From Chrysomallon squamiferum (taxonomy: Eukaryota; Animalia; Mollusca), in the NCBI GenBank assembly GCA_012295275.1, contig CM022669.1, positions 3,596,001 to 3,660,000 of the forward strand: a stretch of DNA of 64,000 nt, in the 5' to 3' direction. The position numbers and the translations under genes were made by a program. The notes under the pieces were generated by a model. That model made no database searches. It saw only the letters and a program-made list of their open reading frames with translations, and was not told the origin of the DNA. Shown here in pieces: positions 1 to 13,840 of the stretch; position 1 is the stretch's first letter, and each line of letters opens with the position of its first letter.

Positions 1-3000
1 TGTAATCGTTTTTTTAATTCATATTTAATATTTTAAATCATATGGGACGATTGTTTGAAGAGAAATCAAAACTATTTAGGTATAATTAAAAAGGTGACGT
101 TAATTATTAATTTTAATTTCTGTTCTAATTTTGTTATTACGTATCTGTAATACATTCTTTCTGTATTGTAATCCTACAGTTTATAAGAATAAAATTATTG
201 TCGTTGTCACTATCAATGAGGAACAAGTTCAGTTGTTAATCAAGGCAAACAATGTGTTGGTTGTAGAAATCTGGAAGCTGGAAGGGGTCGTCTCATAGCG
301 CAACAGAAGTGCAAGTTTATCATCCTGTTTTGAGGTTTTGAACTATTTACACGATATACCTTTGTCTGACATCGGCCGCATCTAGGTGTTTGTAGGAATT
401 TGAACTCTAACTGTGCATTTTTTGTTTCAAAGGTGATCAGGACAAGTGGCCTAGATCAACTTTTTAATAAATTTATAATGGAAGGTAATTGAGATAAGTT
501 AATTAATAGTACTCAACATTTTAAAGTTTTATAGTCTCGTTACTCATTAAAGTCTTTAAAGATCGTTCAGTCACCTTACATTCTTGTAAACAGGGTTCCT
601 GTTCTAGAGGTTAATCCTCTGAGTAAAAACAGCTTATAAAGTGTACATTATTTAAGACTAGACCATTCGACACCACGCAAATATCACAGTAATGCGACCT
701 ATGTCTCTCGGTCTTGGGCAGATTTCTCTAGCGAAAGGCACACGAAAGATTTGCTTGAATAGTTTTCTGATGGACAAATGCTACAAATTTCCCCTACCCA
801 TGTCAGCAGTGCCTATTGACTGGTTTATATAAATTCTTGGATTATTTCTGCCTGAGGGAAGGTGGATATAAGAGCTTCCTTGCTGCTAATATAATTCCTT
901 CTATGCTATCATCATTATAAATAAAGATCGTGGTAAAAATCGTATTAGTTAGTTACAAAATGTATGCAGTAAACATTACTTGAGTTTTGACCGCTTTATC
1001 CACTTTTTTCTTTCCGGTTGATTTATTTCTGATGACGTCAATGACAAAACAAACATGTTAATTTCACATTAGAAAATAACGATGTGGCGTTACAGAAGAG
1101 AGCCCATAATGAACGTCATTTGAAAAACTTGCGATACGCCAGTAGATACACAGCGTATCATGGGATTGCTTTGTAGCTTTTATCGCAATGGATGAATGAA
1201 TGCTTAACAGAAACCGACGGAACAAAGGAAACATTGGTTATTGGGTGTGAATTTACATCAATAAAAACCAAGAAATCAATGGTCAGCCAAAGAAATCTAG
1301 AACATAGCATCGCAATAATGTGCAAATAAATACAACACCTTGTAAAGGACGGGTCCAAGATTTCTGGAAAAAAAGGGGATAATTTGTCATCCTTTTAATG
1401 GTTAAGAATTTGAAAACGAAATGAGTTTCCATCATAAAAGGAAAAGCAGAAAAAGAAAAAAAAAGCAGTCTTTAGTTGGGAGAAAATTAAAAATTAAATC
1501 CTCAATAAATGACTTCAGTCTCGACAATATTCCAAATGATTCATGCATCTATGAATGTAGGTTTATGAAAAATAATCAACGTTAAGCTTAATGGTGTGAC
1601 GTCAGTACTTTGGATTAATATGTCAGGGCGTATTTTGAGTATTGCAGCCATACCAAAGGCTAGTTGCTTATTCGAAGAAATCTTAAGAAAATCGGTAAGG
1701 TTAACGTGCCATTATATAGCAGTGGCGCATCCAGGATTATTGAAAAATTGGTCTCTTTGTTATGTTGAATACACCTTTCAAAATGAAATTAATTTTTTAG
1801 GACAAGCAGAAGAAGAAGAAGAAGAAGAAGAAGAAGAAGAAAAAGGATTATGATAATGATGATGATGGTAATGATGATGTTATGATGACGATGATGATGA
1901 TGATGACGACGATGATAATGATGAAGAAAAATAAGAAAAATTATAAACATACATGGAAACTGTTGGTGCACTCTCTGTTCTCTGGAATCGCACACTCTAT
2001 ATATTCTTTATGCGTAACCTTATTTTATTTGCTTTAAATCTTTTACAAGTTGATTGTGCCTTTATGTTCTTTCTGAAAATTACTTTTCGCTCTTAATATA
2101 TTGAATCAGTACAAACTTCTTAACATTTCAGAAGCAATTAGAATCGCAGTTGTTTTTATTTCATTTCTAGAAACAACAAAAAAAAATTTCTGGTTCAGGA
2201 ATCTCTTCAAAAACATTTTCTATAAATAATACACTCCAAATTTTCTTTAAAATTTTTATTCGTTGAAGACTACTAGGTTTTCTTCGTGTTATTTTGATTA
2301 AATGCAAACAGAGAAAATTAAAGAATAATGTATGATAAATATTTTGCTACTACGTTATTTGTTGTTAAGGATATGGTTTTTATTTAATTAGACCATGAAA
2401 GTGAACTGTTTCCACGAGATGTTTTTGTCAATTTTTTCAATTTGTCAATGATCCTAAATACCATACGATTATCTTTGAAAAACCGGTTGATGACTGATTG
2501 AGAAAGAACGAGACATTTTTTTTTTTCTTTCTTAAATTAATTAAAGCCAGGATTACGTACTGGTAAAAAAAGTACGTTTCTAGTAAAATATCTTTAGAGA
2601 TTAATATAATATGGAAGGACAAAAATTTGAATTCAGAAACAGGATCATCAATCAGTGGTTTTATAAACACAAACGATCCAAGATTTTAGGAAAAAGAGGC
2701 GAAATTAAATTGATGGATATAAATTTCAAGAATAAATCTCTTTCATTATGAAAAACAAAATCAAAATTGTCAGTGATGGAGGTCAGAATACTCTTTCCAA
2801 ATTGGCATATGTTATAATAATTTACAATCGGGATATACGGAGATCGTTTCTTGGTATCGGTTTTGCCAGCATGACGGAAAATGCGTCTGTGCAACCCAAC
2901 ACCCTGTCTTCTGTCTAACACTCTAACACACTAACACTAATTAACAAACCAACAACATGATGTGCTCAACACAGGCATATTCGATATTGCAATGGTGATA

Positions 3001-4236
3001 AATAAATTAAGGAAAGACGGACAGACATACTGACACACAGACAGAGAGATGGATGATATACTGATTCGATAGATGTGCATAGATAAGCAGGAAGGAAGGT
3101 GGGTAGGCAGTTACACATATTTACAACCAACAGACAGACAGACAGATAGATCGATGGATGACTAATTAAAAAGTAATTTAAAGAAAATTATGAAATCCGA
3201 GGGCAATGTTAAATAAGTACATGAAGAACACTTTAACTCCACCATAGAAATCGATTCATTTCATCATGCGTCGAAATATCGTTATCCTATTCCGTTCACG
3301 ATTCAGCTGAGATTAACATCATTTCGCTTCGTTTCATAAACTGGTACAGAATTTACTGCTAGCTTTTGTACGAAAGCTGGCGAGAGAATTAATATAATAC
3401 AGTAACCTGAAAAGAAATCCAACGAATAAAAAGTTTTGTTTTAATGTTGTTTTTTTTTTTTTTTTTCTTTTGTTTGTTTGTTTATTTGTTTTTCTGGCTT
3501 TTTTTTTTTTTTTTTTTTTTTGTTTGTTGGGGTTTTGGGGGTTTTTTTTCTTTGTTTTGTTTTATTTCGTTGGTTTAAACAACAACAAAAAAATAATAAT
3601 GATTTTTCAATCAATTTTTATTTTATTTGTAACGTTGTCCGCCATAATGACTGCTCCCCCTTTTCTTTAATTTTGGACCCGCCTTAAAGAAGCATAATGA
3701 ATACTGAAAATGTCAAACATGTTCGATATCTCAGTTATACCTATTCATCTACTTCAGAAGAAAAAAAAAACGAATTTTATTTATTGATCACGATCTATAT
3801 TCATAGATCGGACGAACAAACACCTTTGTATTAAACGCACCAGATTAACCAATGGAAATATAAGAATACAGCCGTCCTTCATATTAAATACTTCTTAAAA
3901 ACAATATTTCAAAAACAGTTTAAATTTAGCTAATTATTTCTTTAAAAAAAAGAAAGAAAGAAAGAAAGAAAATAAAAATTAATAAAATAAACATTCCCCG
4001 AAAAAAACAACAAAAAAACCCATAACTAAAATGCTTTTAGCTAAATGAATATAATAGTAAATGGTGATAATATAAAAACAATTCACAGTTTTTGCAAAGC
4101 ACTTAACAATAGTTGTAAAAGAGCAACAGTAACAACAACAACAACAACAAAAATAAGCCACAAGTAAATAAATAAATAAGTGATGCTGATGATGACGACA
4201 ACAATAATAATAACAATAGTAATAATAATAATAAAA

Positions 4237-4301
<65 letters not shown>

Positions 4302-5559
4302 AAACATATTTATTTGTGCACGCCAAAGTTTAAAACGTCTTGTATTAAAAACACAGCATTGCAAACTAACAATATAAAACGTGATTGTTATCATGTCGGC
4401 CCATGCTGTGTACAAAAGGAGAGAAAAATATCGCTTTAAGAATTAATTTAGCTGCATTTACAACAACAGACTACCGAACTAAACCTTTAACGCTGAATAC
4501 ACAGAATTAAATATTAATATCATACATGTTTCGTTAACATGTCGCGTGAAGAATCGATAAAAGGAAAAAAACAACAGTCCTATTTTTTTTACTGAATGAG
4601 TGAAATTGTGTGCTGTAATGACAGTTTTACGGTAATAATAATGCTATGATGGTAATAACATATAGATTATTGTCGTTATCCAAAAACAGTATTGGAATAA
4701 TAGTCATAAAATATGAAGGTATCTATTTATCAGTTTTACGAGTAATTCAGAAATGTAAATGCAATTTGTGCACAGCGCTAACACCCATGTTAGCACGAGC
4801 TTCGAAGGAAATCATACATTGTGCCTTATTATTAGACATTATCGGGAACACGGAGCGATTCAGTATTGCAAGGCACTGCATAATGTTGGTTTAGAAGTTC
4901 TTTAACCTTCTGCACTCGCAATAAACGTTATGTGTTATCAAAAGATGTCCTGTAGCAAACAAAGGATGCTGGATCGCTTCAAGTGAAGCGATTCGTATTT
5001 CACTTTGAACCTTTACTTCACTGATTAGGTAGCTCGTATTGCGTACCTTATGATTATCTTGGTTTGATATGGAAAAAAAGAGAAGAAGGTGTTATTACAT
5101 GGACGTCGATTTTCCAGTAATGAAGAGGATTCAAAGAAAAGCTGAATTAGAGACTGGTTAAAGATTTTTTTTTTAATTAATTTTTTTTTATTAATATTAA
5201 TGTAAAAGCTTTATGAAGTCTGTGAACCGATATAAAATAACGGATTGAAGAAATAAGAGCTCTGCTTTGAAATATATTATTTAAAAACAAACTGACTTTA
5301 CTCTAAAATACACTGTAATAGTCGCTTTACTTTGTGATAATTATTTGTTTTTATTTATTTATCATCATCATCATCACCATCAATAGCATCTTTATCAATA
5401 ACAACAACAACTACAACAACAAAAGAAAAAAGAAGAAGAAAGTAAATTTATGTTCTGATAGACCATTTTGGTTTCTAATTCATGTATGTCTTTTGATTTA
5501 TTATTGTTGCTTTCCTTTTGCTCATATATAGCACTAAAAACCAGTGCTAGTTTGGACAG

Positions 5560-5857
5560 GTATAGAGATATGTAGGTAGACAGATAGAGAGAAATAGGTA
5601 GACAGATAGAAAGAAATGGGTAGATAGAGAGATAGCTAGCTATATAGGTAGATAGATAGTCAGTCAGACAGACAGACAGATAGAAAGACAGGATACATAC
5701 ACATGTAGATGGACAGATAGACAAACAAAGAGATAGATAGGTAGATAGGCAGATAGACGAACAAAGAGATAGATAGGTAGATAGGCAGATAGACAAACAA
5801 AGAGATAGATAGGTAGATAGGCAGATAGACGAACAAAGAGATAGATAGAAAGGCAGG

Positions 5858-5905
<48 letters not shown>
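5560..5905. repeat. Compound GATA/GACA satellite with ~36-bp higher-order unit, followed by (CA)n
   Basis: acaaagagatagataggtagataggcagatagac(g/a)a repeated ~4 times. Confidence 0.85.
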
Positions 5906-5912
<7 letters not shown>

Positions 5913-6571
5913 CTTTCTAAATAAAGAGAACTCAAACGCACAGATGAATATATCAATTTCTAACAGGCTCGCTTAGGACAAAAAAAGAAGTGGTTATTAT
6001 CAAATACGGACATTGACCCAAGCTGGTTTGTCTGAAGCGATGAACATGTCAATCCTACTTGACTCGTGCTGGATTAATAACATTAATTTTGCATTTCGAT
6101 TTGACCCAAAAATTAATCAGCATTTGGCGCAGAGTACTGGAACCTGGCTATAATTATCTATACACGAATGAATAATTTGAATGAGGAGAAATTAACAGAT
6201 TCGATATTTTTCTTCTTCTTCTTCTTCTTCTTCTACTTAGCTCTGTTTGCTTCAAAAGAAAGGTGATAGTTTGAGTTACTGATTGGTGAGTTTTATGTAT
6301 CACAATAAAAATATTAAACGACTAAAGTTATGTATAAGCGTTAATACAATCAGAGGTTTACTATCTTTATAATGATAGGCGTTCTGAATTAACGTCTTTT
6401 CAAGATATATAAGGCAATAAGACTTGTTTCTAAACATATACGTGCCATTAGAAAGATTTATAATTCTTTTAGCTACAGCTGTTGGTGAAACACGCTTTCC
6501 TAACTCCTGGTTGTACATGTTCGGAAGTAAGACGAAGCAATTAAATAAAATAATGATAATAACAATACAAA

Positions 6572-6602
<31 letters not shown>

Positions 6603-6608
6603 CATACA

Positions 6609-6644
<36 letters not shown>

Positions 6645-6647
6645 TAC

Positions 6648-6710
<63 letters not shown>

Positions 6711-7603
6711 CAAAGAAATGAGTAAAGGAATAAATAAATAATTCCTGTTAATTTCTTTTCTCTTTGCTCTTCTTTCCATCATCTTTCATCATCATCATCA
6801 TCATCATCACCACAGTCATTTATCATCATCATATCCTTCTTCAACTTCATTTTATTAAACATCCTTCTTTAATTTGTATATTTTTCTTTCTTTTTTATTC
6901 ATTTATTTGTTCTCTATTTAATTCTCTATCTTCTTGGCCATTATCATCATCATCATAACAATCATCATCATCATCATCATCATATCCTTCTTCTATTTAA
7001 TTTTCCTACGTACCTTTCTTTAATTTGTTCTTTTTACTTTCTTCCTCATTCATTTATTTGTTTTTCTATTTCTTTCCCTGTTTTGTTCATCATCGACATC
7101 TTTATCATCATCATCATCATCATCGTCATTATTATTATTATTATATTTCGAAGAGGAGAATTTTGGGGATGGAATTTATTATTGAGGTTATTAGGTCTAA
7201 AACCCCAGGCCACCATGCAGCGCCGGCAGACCTTACAGCTAACTCATTTTTAAAACGTTATCGAAAAGGAAGATTGCATTGAAGACGAATCTACGTGATT
7301 AACTTGTTAGAAAATCTAGAACACTGGAGTGTATCCCAGAAAGTTGATTGTGTTTGCAAATAGGCTGTCCATTTTCTACATCGATGTTTGTGAAGAAGCT
7401 CTGACGTAATATTGATGAAAATTAATGAATCACATTACACACGCCATATTACAGATTGATCTTAACAATCACAGTTAGAAAGAGAAATCTAGCTCTGATC
7501 GATTTTGGAAATGTGTGTGTGTGGGGGGGTGCGAGCGCGCGCTTATGTTAATAACCAAATGTATTTCTACGTATAGATATATATGAATATGTACATGTAT
7601 ATA

Positions 7604-7645
<42 letters not shown>

Positions 7646-8139
7646 TTCATGTATGTATGTATGTATGTGTGTGTGTGTATGTGTATATGTATGTATGTAT
7701 ATGAAGGTATTATGATGTATGTTTGTGTGTGAGTATGTGCAACTATTATGTGTATTTCTCTTTGTGTATATTTATATGTGTGTATGCCTGTGAGCATGTT
7801 TGTGTGTGAGAGGTGTCTGAGTGTGTGTACATGTTTGTGTTTATAAGTATGCATATGTGTGTTCCTACGAACACGTGTTGTCGGTTTTATTTATGATTTT
7901 ATTAACCTCTTCGTCAGTCTCTTTGTCTACAAACTAAATTAAAAGTATTTTCAATTTACGGATAAATGCGCCAGCAAATTAGAGTTATGCATTATAAGGT
8001 TACAGCGTACTTACGGTACAGCTGTAAAGTAATAAAAAACAACAAGAAAAATAATCTGGCGATCGTTCCCGATATGTAACTGTAAAAGAAAAAAAAAAAC
8101 ATCAGCAGAGTAATGTAGATATTTTATTATTAATTCCCT

Positions 8140-8687
8140 GGGGAGAGAACAAACACATTGCGATGGACCCTACTGGGTCTTCAGGAAGAGGATAAATCCA
8201 CTTTGGTATTAGGTTTTCGACACGGGAATGAATCCATTTTAATATTAGGTTCTTGTGAATGTAATAAATCAGCTTATTAGGTTTTTCAGAGGGAATAAAT
8301 CTATTATGATAACTGGTATTTGTGAGGAAAATAATGCCAATCTGATATCAGGTTTTCGTCAGGGAAGATATATCCATTGGTATTACGTCTTTTAAACGTG
8401 GAAAACATCAATTTGGAATCTGGTCATTGTGATGGGAATCATTCGACTTTGCTACTAGGTCTAATGAATTCGAGAAGGGGAAATAAATCCACTCTGGTAA
8501 TAAATCTTCCAGGGGAGATACGGCAAACCCAGTTGTTATAATCCCCAGGAATAACTCGTCCACTCGGGAATAACGACTTAAATGGTGATAAGAAAATAGA
8601 TCCACTTTTATGTTAAATCTTCAGAGGCTGGAAGAGGATAAATCCAGTGGTGTTAAATCTTGTAGAGGGTGAATAACAAAACCAATC
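8140..8687. repeat. Old degenerate tandem array related to the adjacent 47-bp minisatellite
   Basis: Recurrent G(G/A)GGA(A)TAAATCCA...GGT(A/G)TTA motif (e.g. ~8188, 8290, 8478, 8633). Confidence 0.55.
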
Positions 8688-8921
8688 CATTCCAGTATTA
8701 CGTCATCAACTGGAGGGGGAATGACGAAGCAAATCATTCCAGTATTACGTCACCAGCTGAAGGGGAAATGACGAAGCAAATCATTCCAGTATTACGTCAT
8801 CAACTGAAGGGGGAATGACGGAGCAAATCATTCCAGTATTACGTCATCAACTGGAGGGGGAATGACGAAGCAAATCATTCCAGTATTACGTCATCAACTG
8901 GAGGGGGAATGACGAAGCAAA
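8688..8921. repeat. 47-bp minisatellite, 5 copies
   Basis: Unit CATTCCAGTATTACGTCATCAACTGGAGGGGGAATGACGAAGCAAAT repeated head-to-tail with few substitutions. Confidence 0.95.
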
Positions 8922-9869
8922 CAATAATAATAATAATAATAATAATAACAACAACAATAACAACAACAACAAATCCATTCTGCTAACAAAACGTTCGGGG
9001 GGCGATCATAAATCGACTGCGATAGAAAGTCTTCGGAATGAATGTAATGGATTAAATGCACTGTGACTATTACGAATTAGCGTTAGAGGAGGAATCTATG
9101 GATTTGTTTAAAGTACCTTGCATGACTCTGTTACGTTAACCCTACCCAGCTTCCTAGCCGACTTGTGCTTCAAAAACTTTTTTATTAGTCAACTATCTTT
9201 TTGAATAAAATAATTTAAACTCCACGTTAGCCAATCCATAAGACAAAAAGTACTTTTAAAACGTAAATGAAAGCTGAGGCCATGTTTCTCCTGTAACTCG
9301 CTAGGCGATAGGGCTTTATATATTGCCCGATCGTTACAAATTTTATAGAAACCTTTTATTTTCTCAAGTGGACTGATCTGGTCCGGATTTTAGTCTCAGT
9401 TGGCAATTTCTGTTTTTATTCGCATAAATTTAAGACATGTGCAAACTGAGATTGACATTTATTTGGAAAAATTCATTTCCTGCTTTCTGAAACCTTGTTT
9501 ATTATTTCATTTCAGTTTAGTTCGATTGGTCAAATATAAGCACTCAAATATACTGGTCAAAAATAACTGTCGGATAAATATAAATCAAATATACTGGTCA
9601 GAATGACTGAAGGATTAAGGTCACTGTATTAAGGATTAATATGGTTAAAACAAACTGTAAAAAAAAAAATGTTGATAAATAACATAAATTTAACGTCTAC
9701 TGATAAAAATATTAAATGATTAACATATATTGTAGAAGTTGAAAAAACATCATAGATTATCATGACAGCAAAGTGTATAGTCAAAACAAATTCATGGATC
9801 ATCAATACAAATAGTTTCATCAACATTTTTTATTTTTTCCTAGCAACACACAAACACAAACACACGCAC

Positions 9870-9989
<120 letters not shown>

Positions 9990-10039
9990 ACACACACACA
10001 CACACACATATACTAGTCAAAATATATGTTAAGTTACTA

Positions 10040-10354
10040 CAGGTACCGGACCAATTATCCGGACTCCTTGGGGCATAAGGCATTCCGGATTTTTGGATGT
10101 TTCGGTCGTCTGGTACCAAAGCATTTAAATACTTAAATAATTTGGCATAAACATTTTAAAATTAAAAACATAAAGAAAACTGACGATACACAACTGTGGA
10201 GACTCGATTCGTAAACAATGCGGCGAGTGAATGAACGCCACGCGGCTTGAAAGAGTAGTTCCGGTTTGGTGAGGACAAAACCCGCGCGAGCGAACTATGA
10301 AAATAGCTACGGGAAAAAACTTTTCAGGACGCCGGATAATTGGTCCGGTACCTG
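10040..10354. mobile_element. Non-autonomous Tc1/mariner(pogo)-type MITE, 315 bp
   Basis: Perfect 23-bp TIRs CAGGTACCGGACCAATTATCCGG (10040-10062) / CCGGATAATTGGTCCGGTACCTG (10332-10354), flanked by TA on both sides; no transposase ORF. Confidence 0.88.
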
Positions 10355-11829
10355 TATAACCATAATTATACTGATCAAAATAATTAACGGGTTAACTGTC
10401 TCAAATTAACAGTAATTAACAACAACAATAACAAAACACCCAAATCATTTTTTTTTTTTTTTTAAATTATCAATGAAAAAACCTTTAGCCATAAAACAAC
10501 TGAAAAATATATTAATATAACTTTGAACTTTTCAGATCAAAATTAAATCAGGGATTGTATCCCTGTAATATATTAATAGAATCCAATAAGATCTAACTGT
10601 TTATGGATCGCGGTTATTTCTGGCCTATTTAAAACAATTTGAAACCTCGGCTTTATTTTTTATTTTATTTTTTTTTATTTTTAAATGCGAGAAGAAGATG
10701 AAAATTTAGCTCTAAAAAGCGACCCTTTTAGCCTCAGATTTTAGAAGATTATATTATTATTATTATCATTTAATTAATTTTACATTTAAAAAAAAAAAAA
10801 AGTAGAAAAGATAATAATCTAAACTTGGGAAAAATAAGACCTCACTTGAATAGATAATGGTGAGCAGAAAGAAAAATCTGATTGTGAAAATGATTAATGG
10901 AAATCTTATTGTTTATTTTGAGCGGCATTTGTCAACTTCTGTTTGCAAGCCTTGTTTTGATTATTTAAATTAGTTTATCGACGAGCTTATTTGGTTATTT
11001 CTTGTCGCAGCCTGCGAGTCACGACGGAGCTAACAATAACGTGGTATGTGTTTTTCTGTGTATGAGAAGATTACATAACGGTTCCGCGGTGTATATTAAA
11101 GTTGTAGGTAAACACTATTATGGACGGTGCTATTCACCAGTGATATTGAGAATCTGCCTGTAATGGAGCGATACAGACCTTAACAAAAGACAGATGAAGA
11201 CTGAAAAGGTCAACGAAAATTACTAGCTTTCCTTATAACAGACAACTGTGGAATAATTCGACGCCATTCTAGTGTTCTAAACTAACGGGCATTTCAGATT
11301 CCCCCCACTGATCTAATTCCATAGCTAAAACGTTCTTTCATAACACGCACCTAAGAGGCTTTTTAATGAACTTGCCCAATTACCCACACCATCTAATGAG
11401 CCTAACACACAATTCCCAGCTTGATCTAAAAGTACTTTAATTCTTAACGAAATATCTGAGATCATGTGGGAGGACACTGAAATATCCTTACCGCAAATGA
11501 AAGCGACATTTGATTCCAGTCTCATTATCTTCAGTATACAAAATGATTTGACACCTTATAACTATTTATGTTCAACTATCGTTATACACGATTAATATTC
11601 GTTGATTAATTGTTGAAAGAAAGTAGTTTAGACAACAGGTGTAATTATTATTAATGTGTGTTTCTTAATGACTAAGATTTATGTTTAAAGACTATAGACT
11701 GTTATAGAGTCACATTTATGAAGGAAATATATTTTATTTAACTACGTACTTACCTCTTTTTATACGTCTGTATTGTTTCGTACATATTAATAAGAGAGAA
11801 AAGACATTCATGTCCATTTCTTATGAACT

Positions 11830-11947
11830 GATAGCAAGATATCTTTTATAATAAGAAATCCACAGACTGTAAAGCACATACAATGACCTGAATAATCTAC
11901 TTATTTATTTCTAATTATAGAGGACTGACCAGAACGGGAAATAGCAG

Positions 11948-11950
<3 letters not shown>
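11830..11950 (-). mobile_element. Degenerate copy of the same SINE family
   Basis: agcaagatatcttttata...ccacagactgtaaagcacatacaatgacct...gaacgggaaatagc, similar to 29935-30048. Confidence 0.5.
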
Positions 11951-11994
<44 letters not shown>

Positions 11995-12105
11995 GTGAGA
12001 AGAGAGATGAGGATTGTACCTCAGTCACGTTTCAGGCCAGAGATACAGAATGAAGTATTTCTTTTTGATCCTTTATTCAAACACACAGACACACACACAC
12101 ACACA

Positions 12106-12193
<88 letters not shown>

Positions 12194-12240
12194 CAAACAT
12201 ATACCACAGATTTATGCATACGGTTGACATAGCTCGTATA

Positions 12241-12292
<52 letters not shown>

Positions 12293-12955
12293 TCTTTCTT
12301 ATCATAAGTAATAGTAAAAAATATAAATAACTTGTTGGAACGACTGATAGTACACTGGTACCACTAAAGAGAATTTATCCTGGGACCAGTCACGATATAT
12401 ATACACACAAATACGGAATTTCCCTACCTTCTTACTACATTCTTCAAAGCTGTCAGTGGTTGTGTTTGGGCATGTGGCAGAATAAATAAAATAATTAAAT
12501 AAATAACGTGTTACTGTGTGTTCACACCCAATTTCAAAGAGTAACCGAATATACAATAACAATGGAAGAGTATGTGAAGTTCATAAACAATTTATAGTCA
12601 TATATTAATTAATTTAATTATATGTGCATGTGCATATGCTTCTACATGTGCTTGCGTGTATGTGTGTATGTTGTGTATGTGGGTGCCTGTGTAATAATAA
12701 TATGACAGTTCTGTACTGATGTGGCAGTGCAAATATTTTATAACAGTTCATCACTAGTGATAATATTCCTTTAGAGAGGAGGATCTCGATTCAGACTGTT
12801 GAATTTAATGACAAATTCTTAACGTGTCGCTGACTCTAACATCTTTCCTCTAAAGTATGGCTTCATCTATTAAAATGAGAAAGAAAAATACGAAGAGAAT
12901 GACAGAAGAGAATTAAATGAAATGAAAAAAAATAAGGCTTTAAAGAAAAACTCAC

Positions 12956-13840
12956 CGGAAATTACTGCACGGATGTATAACCCAATTGCCCGCACGTTTA
13001 TGCCGCATCTTCTCCTTCATCAAAGCATTCTTGTTACCAAAGAGTTTCATCGCTAGTTTATTATCCGAAGGTTGAAAGAAATTAGAAATCTGATCCTTCA
13101 GGTAAGAAGTAGACTTAGACTTTTGATCCATGTTAATATTCTCCGAAGACGATGGGAACAGTTCCTCCTTTGGAGTCCCGTAAAGACTGGTGTCGTCGCC
13201 TAGAAACTGGACTTTGACTTCGTGTCTGTAGTTGATTTCTGGACTCAAATAATCACTGTAAATGGAATCGTCGTCTGAATCCAGAGTGATTGTAATAGAC
13301 GGATTTACGGCATTGGCACCAGACGCCAGACAAGGCATGGTCGCGTCTGCGTGCTGGGTTTTACTCGCGGTGTTCAGTCGTTTAAGTTTTAAACTCGGAA
13401 CGCGTCTGGATATGCTGCTGCGTTCTATTGGATGGGAAGCAGCCCGCGATGGGTTCCCATTGGACACGTTGCAGTACTTTACGGAATCCGAGCGTTGTAA
13501 GTTAGGTGAAGCGATCTGTGATAATCTCTTATCAAGAGCGGTATGCAGGCTGGAATTAGAACTTCTCTTTTTCTCCGAGTCTTCTTTCCGCGTCAACTCG
13601 ACGTTTCCCGCTGCCCGAGGCACTAACGGCGACGTGTGAGGCGTGTCCATCTGCGTGTCGTCTTCGTCCCCCGAGCTGTCGCTCACCATCCCCCGCTCCC
13701 GTTCACGCTTCCTCTCCCATTCACGTTTACGTTCACGTTCTCTCTCCCTGCTCTCCTTGTCCCTCTCGTGGCGACCGGCGGACTGTCCGTGGTTCGACAG
13801 ACTCGACATGCTGTCTAATCTGTGCGACCGCTGCAAACTG
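12956..13840 (-). CDS. HCN: HCN (Ih) hyperpolarization-activated cyclic nucleotide-gated channel, large N-terminal coding exon (gene continues beyond the left edge of the window)
   Basis: The translation ends in FLGDDTSLYGTPKEE...YLKDQISNFFQPSDNKLAMKLFGNKNALMKEKMRHKRAGNWVIHPCSNFR, the invertebrate Ih N-terminal motif plus the HCN domain preceding S1. A phase-2 donor CG|gtgag lies at 12956/12955. A polypyrimidine tract and tandem TAG/CAG acceptors lie at ~13841/13838. The first in-frame ATG is at 13809. The next expected exon (FYWD..., S1) was not found in 1-12950. Confidence 0.93.

Noticed and set aside
4973-4992. Short hairpin ATCGCTTC-AAGT-GAAGCGAT
   Set aside because: An 8-bp stem is expected by chance and has no supporting context.
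8688-8921. Palindromic repeat array as a possible CRISPR
   Set aside because: Units are contiguous with no unique spacers, there are no cas genes, and the context is eukaryotic.
11953-12292. (CA)n...(TG)n fold-back potential
   Set aside because: Expected by chance given the microsatellite density.
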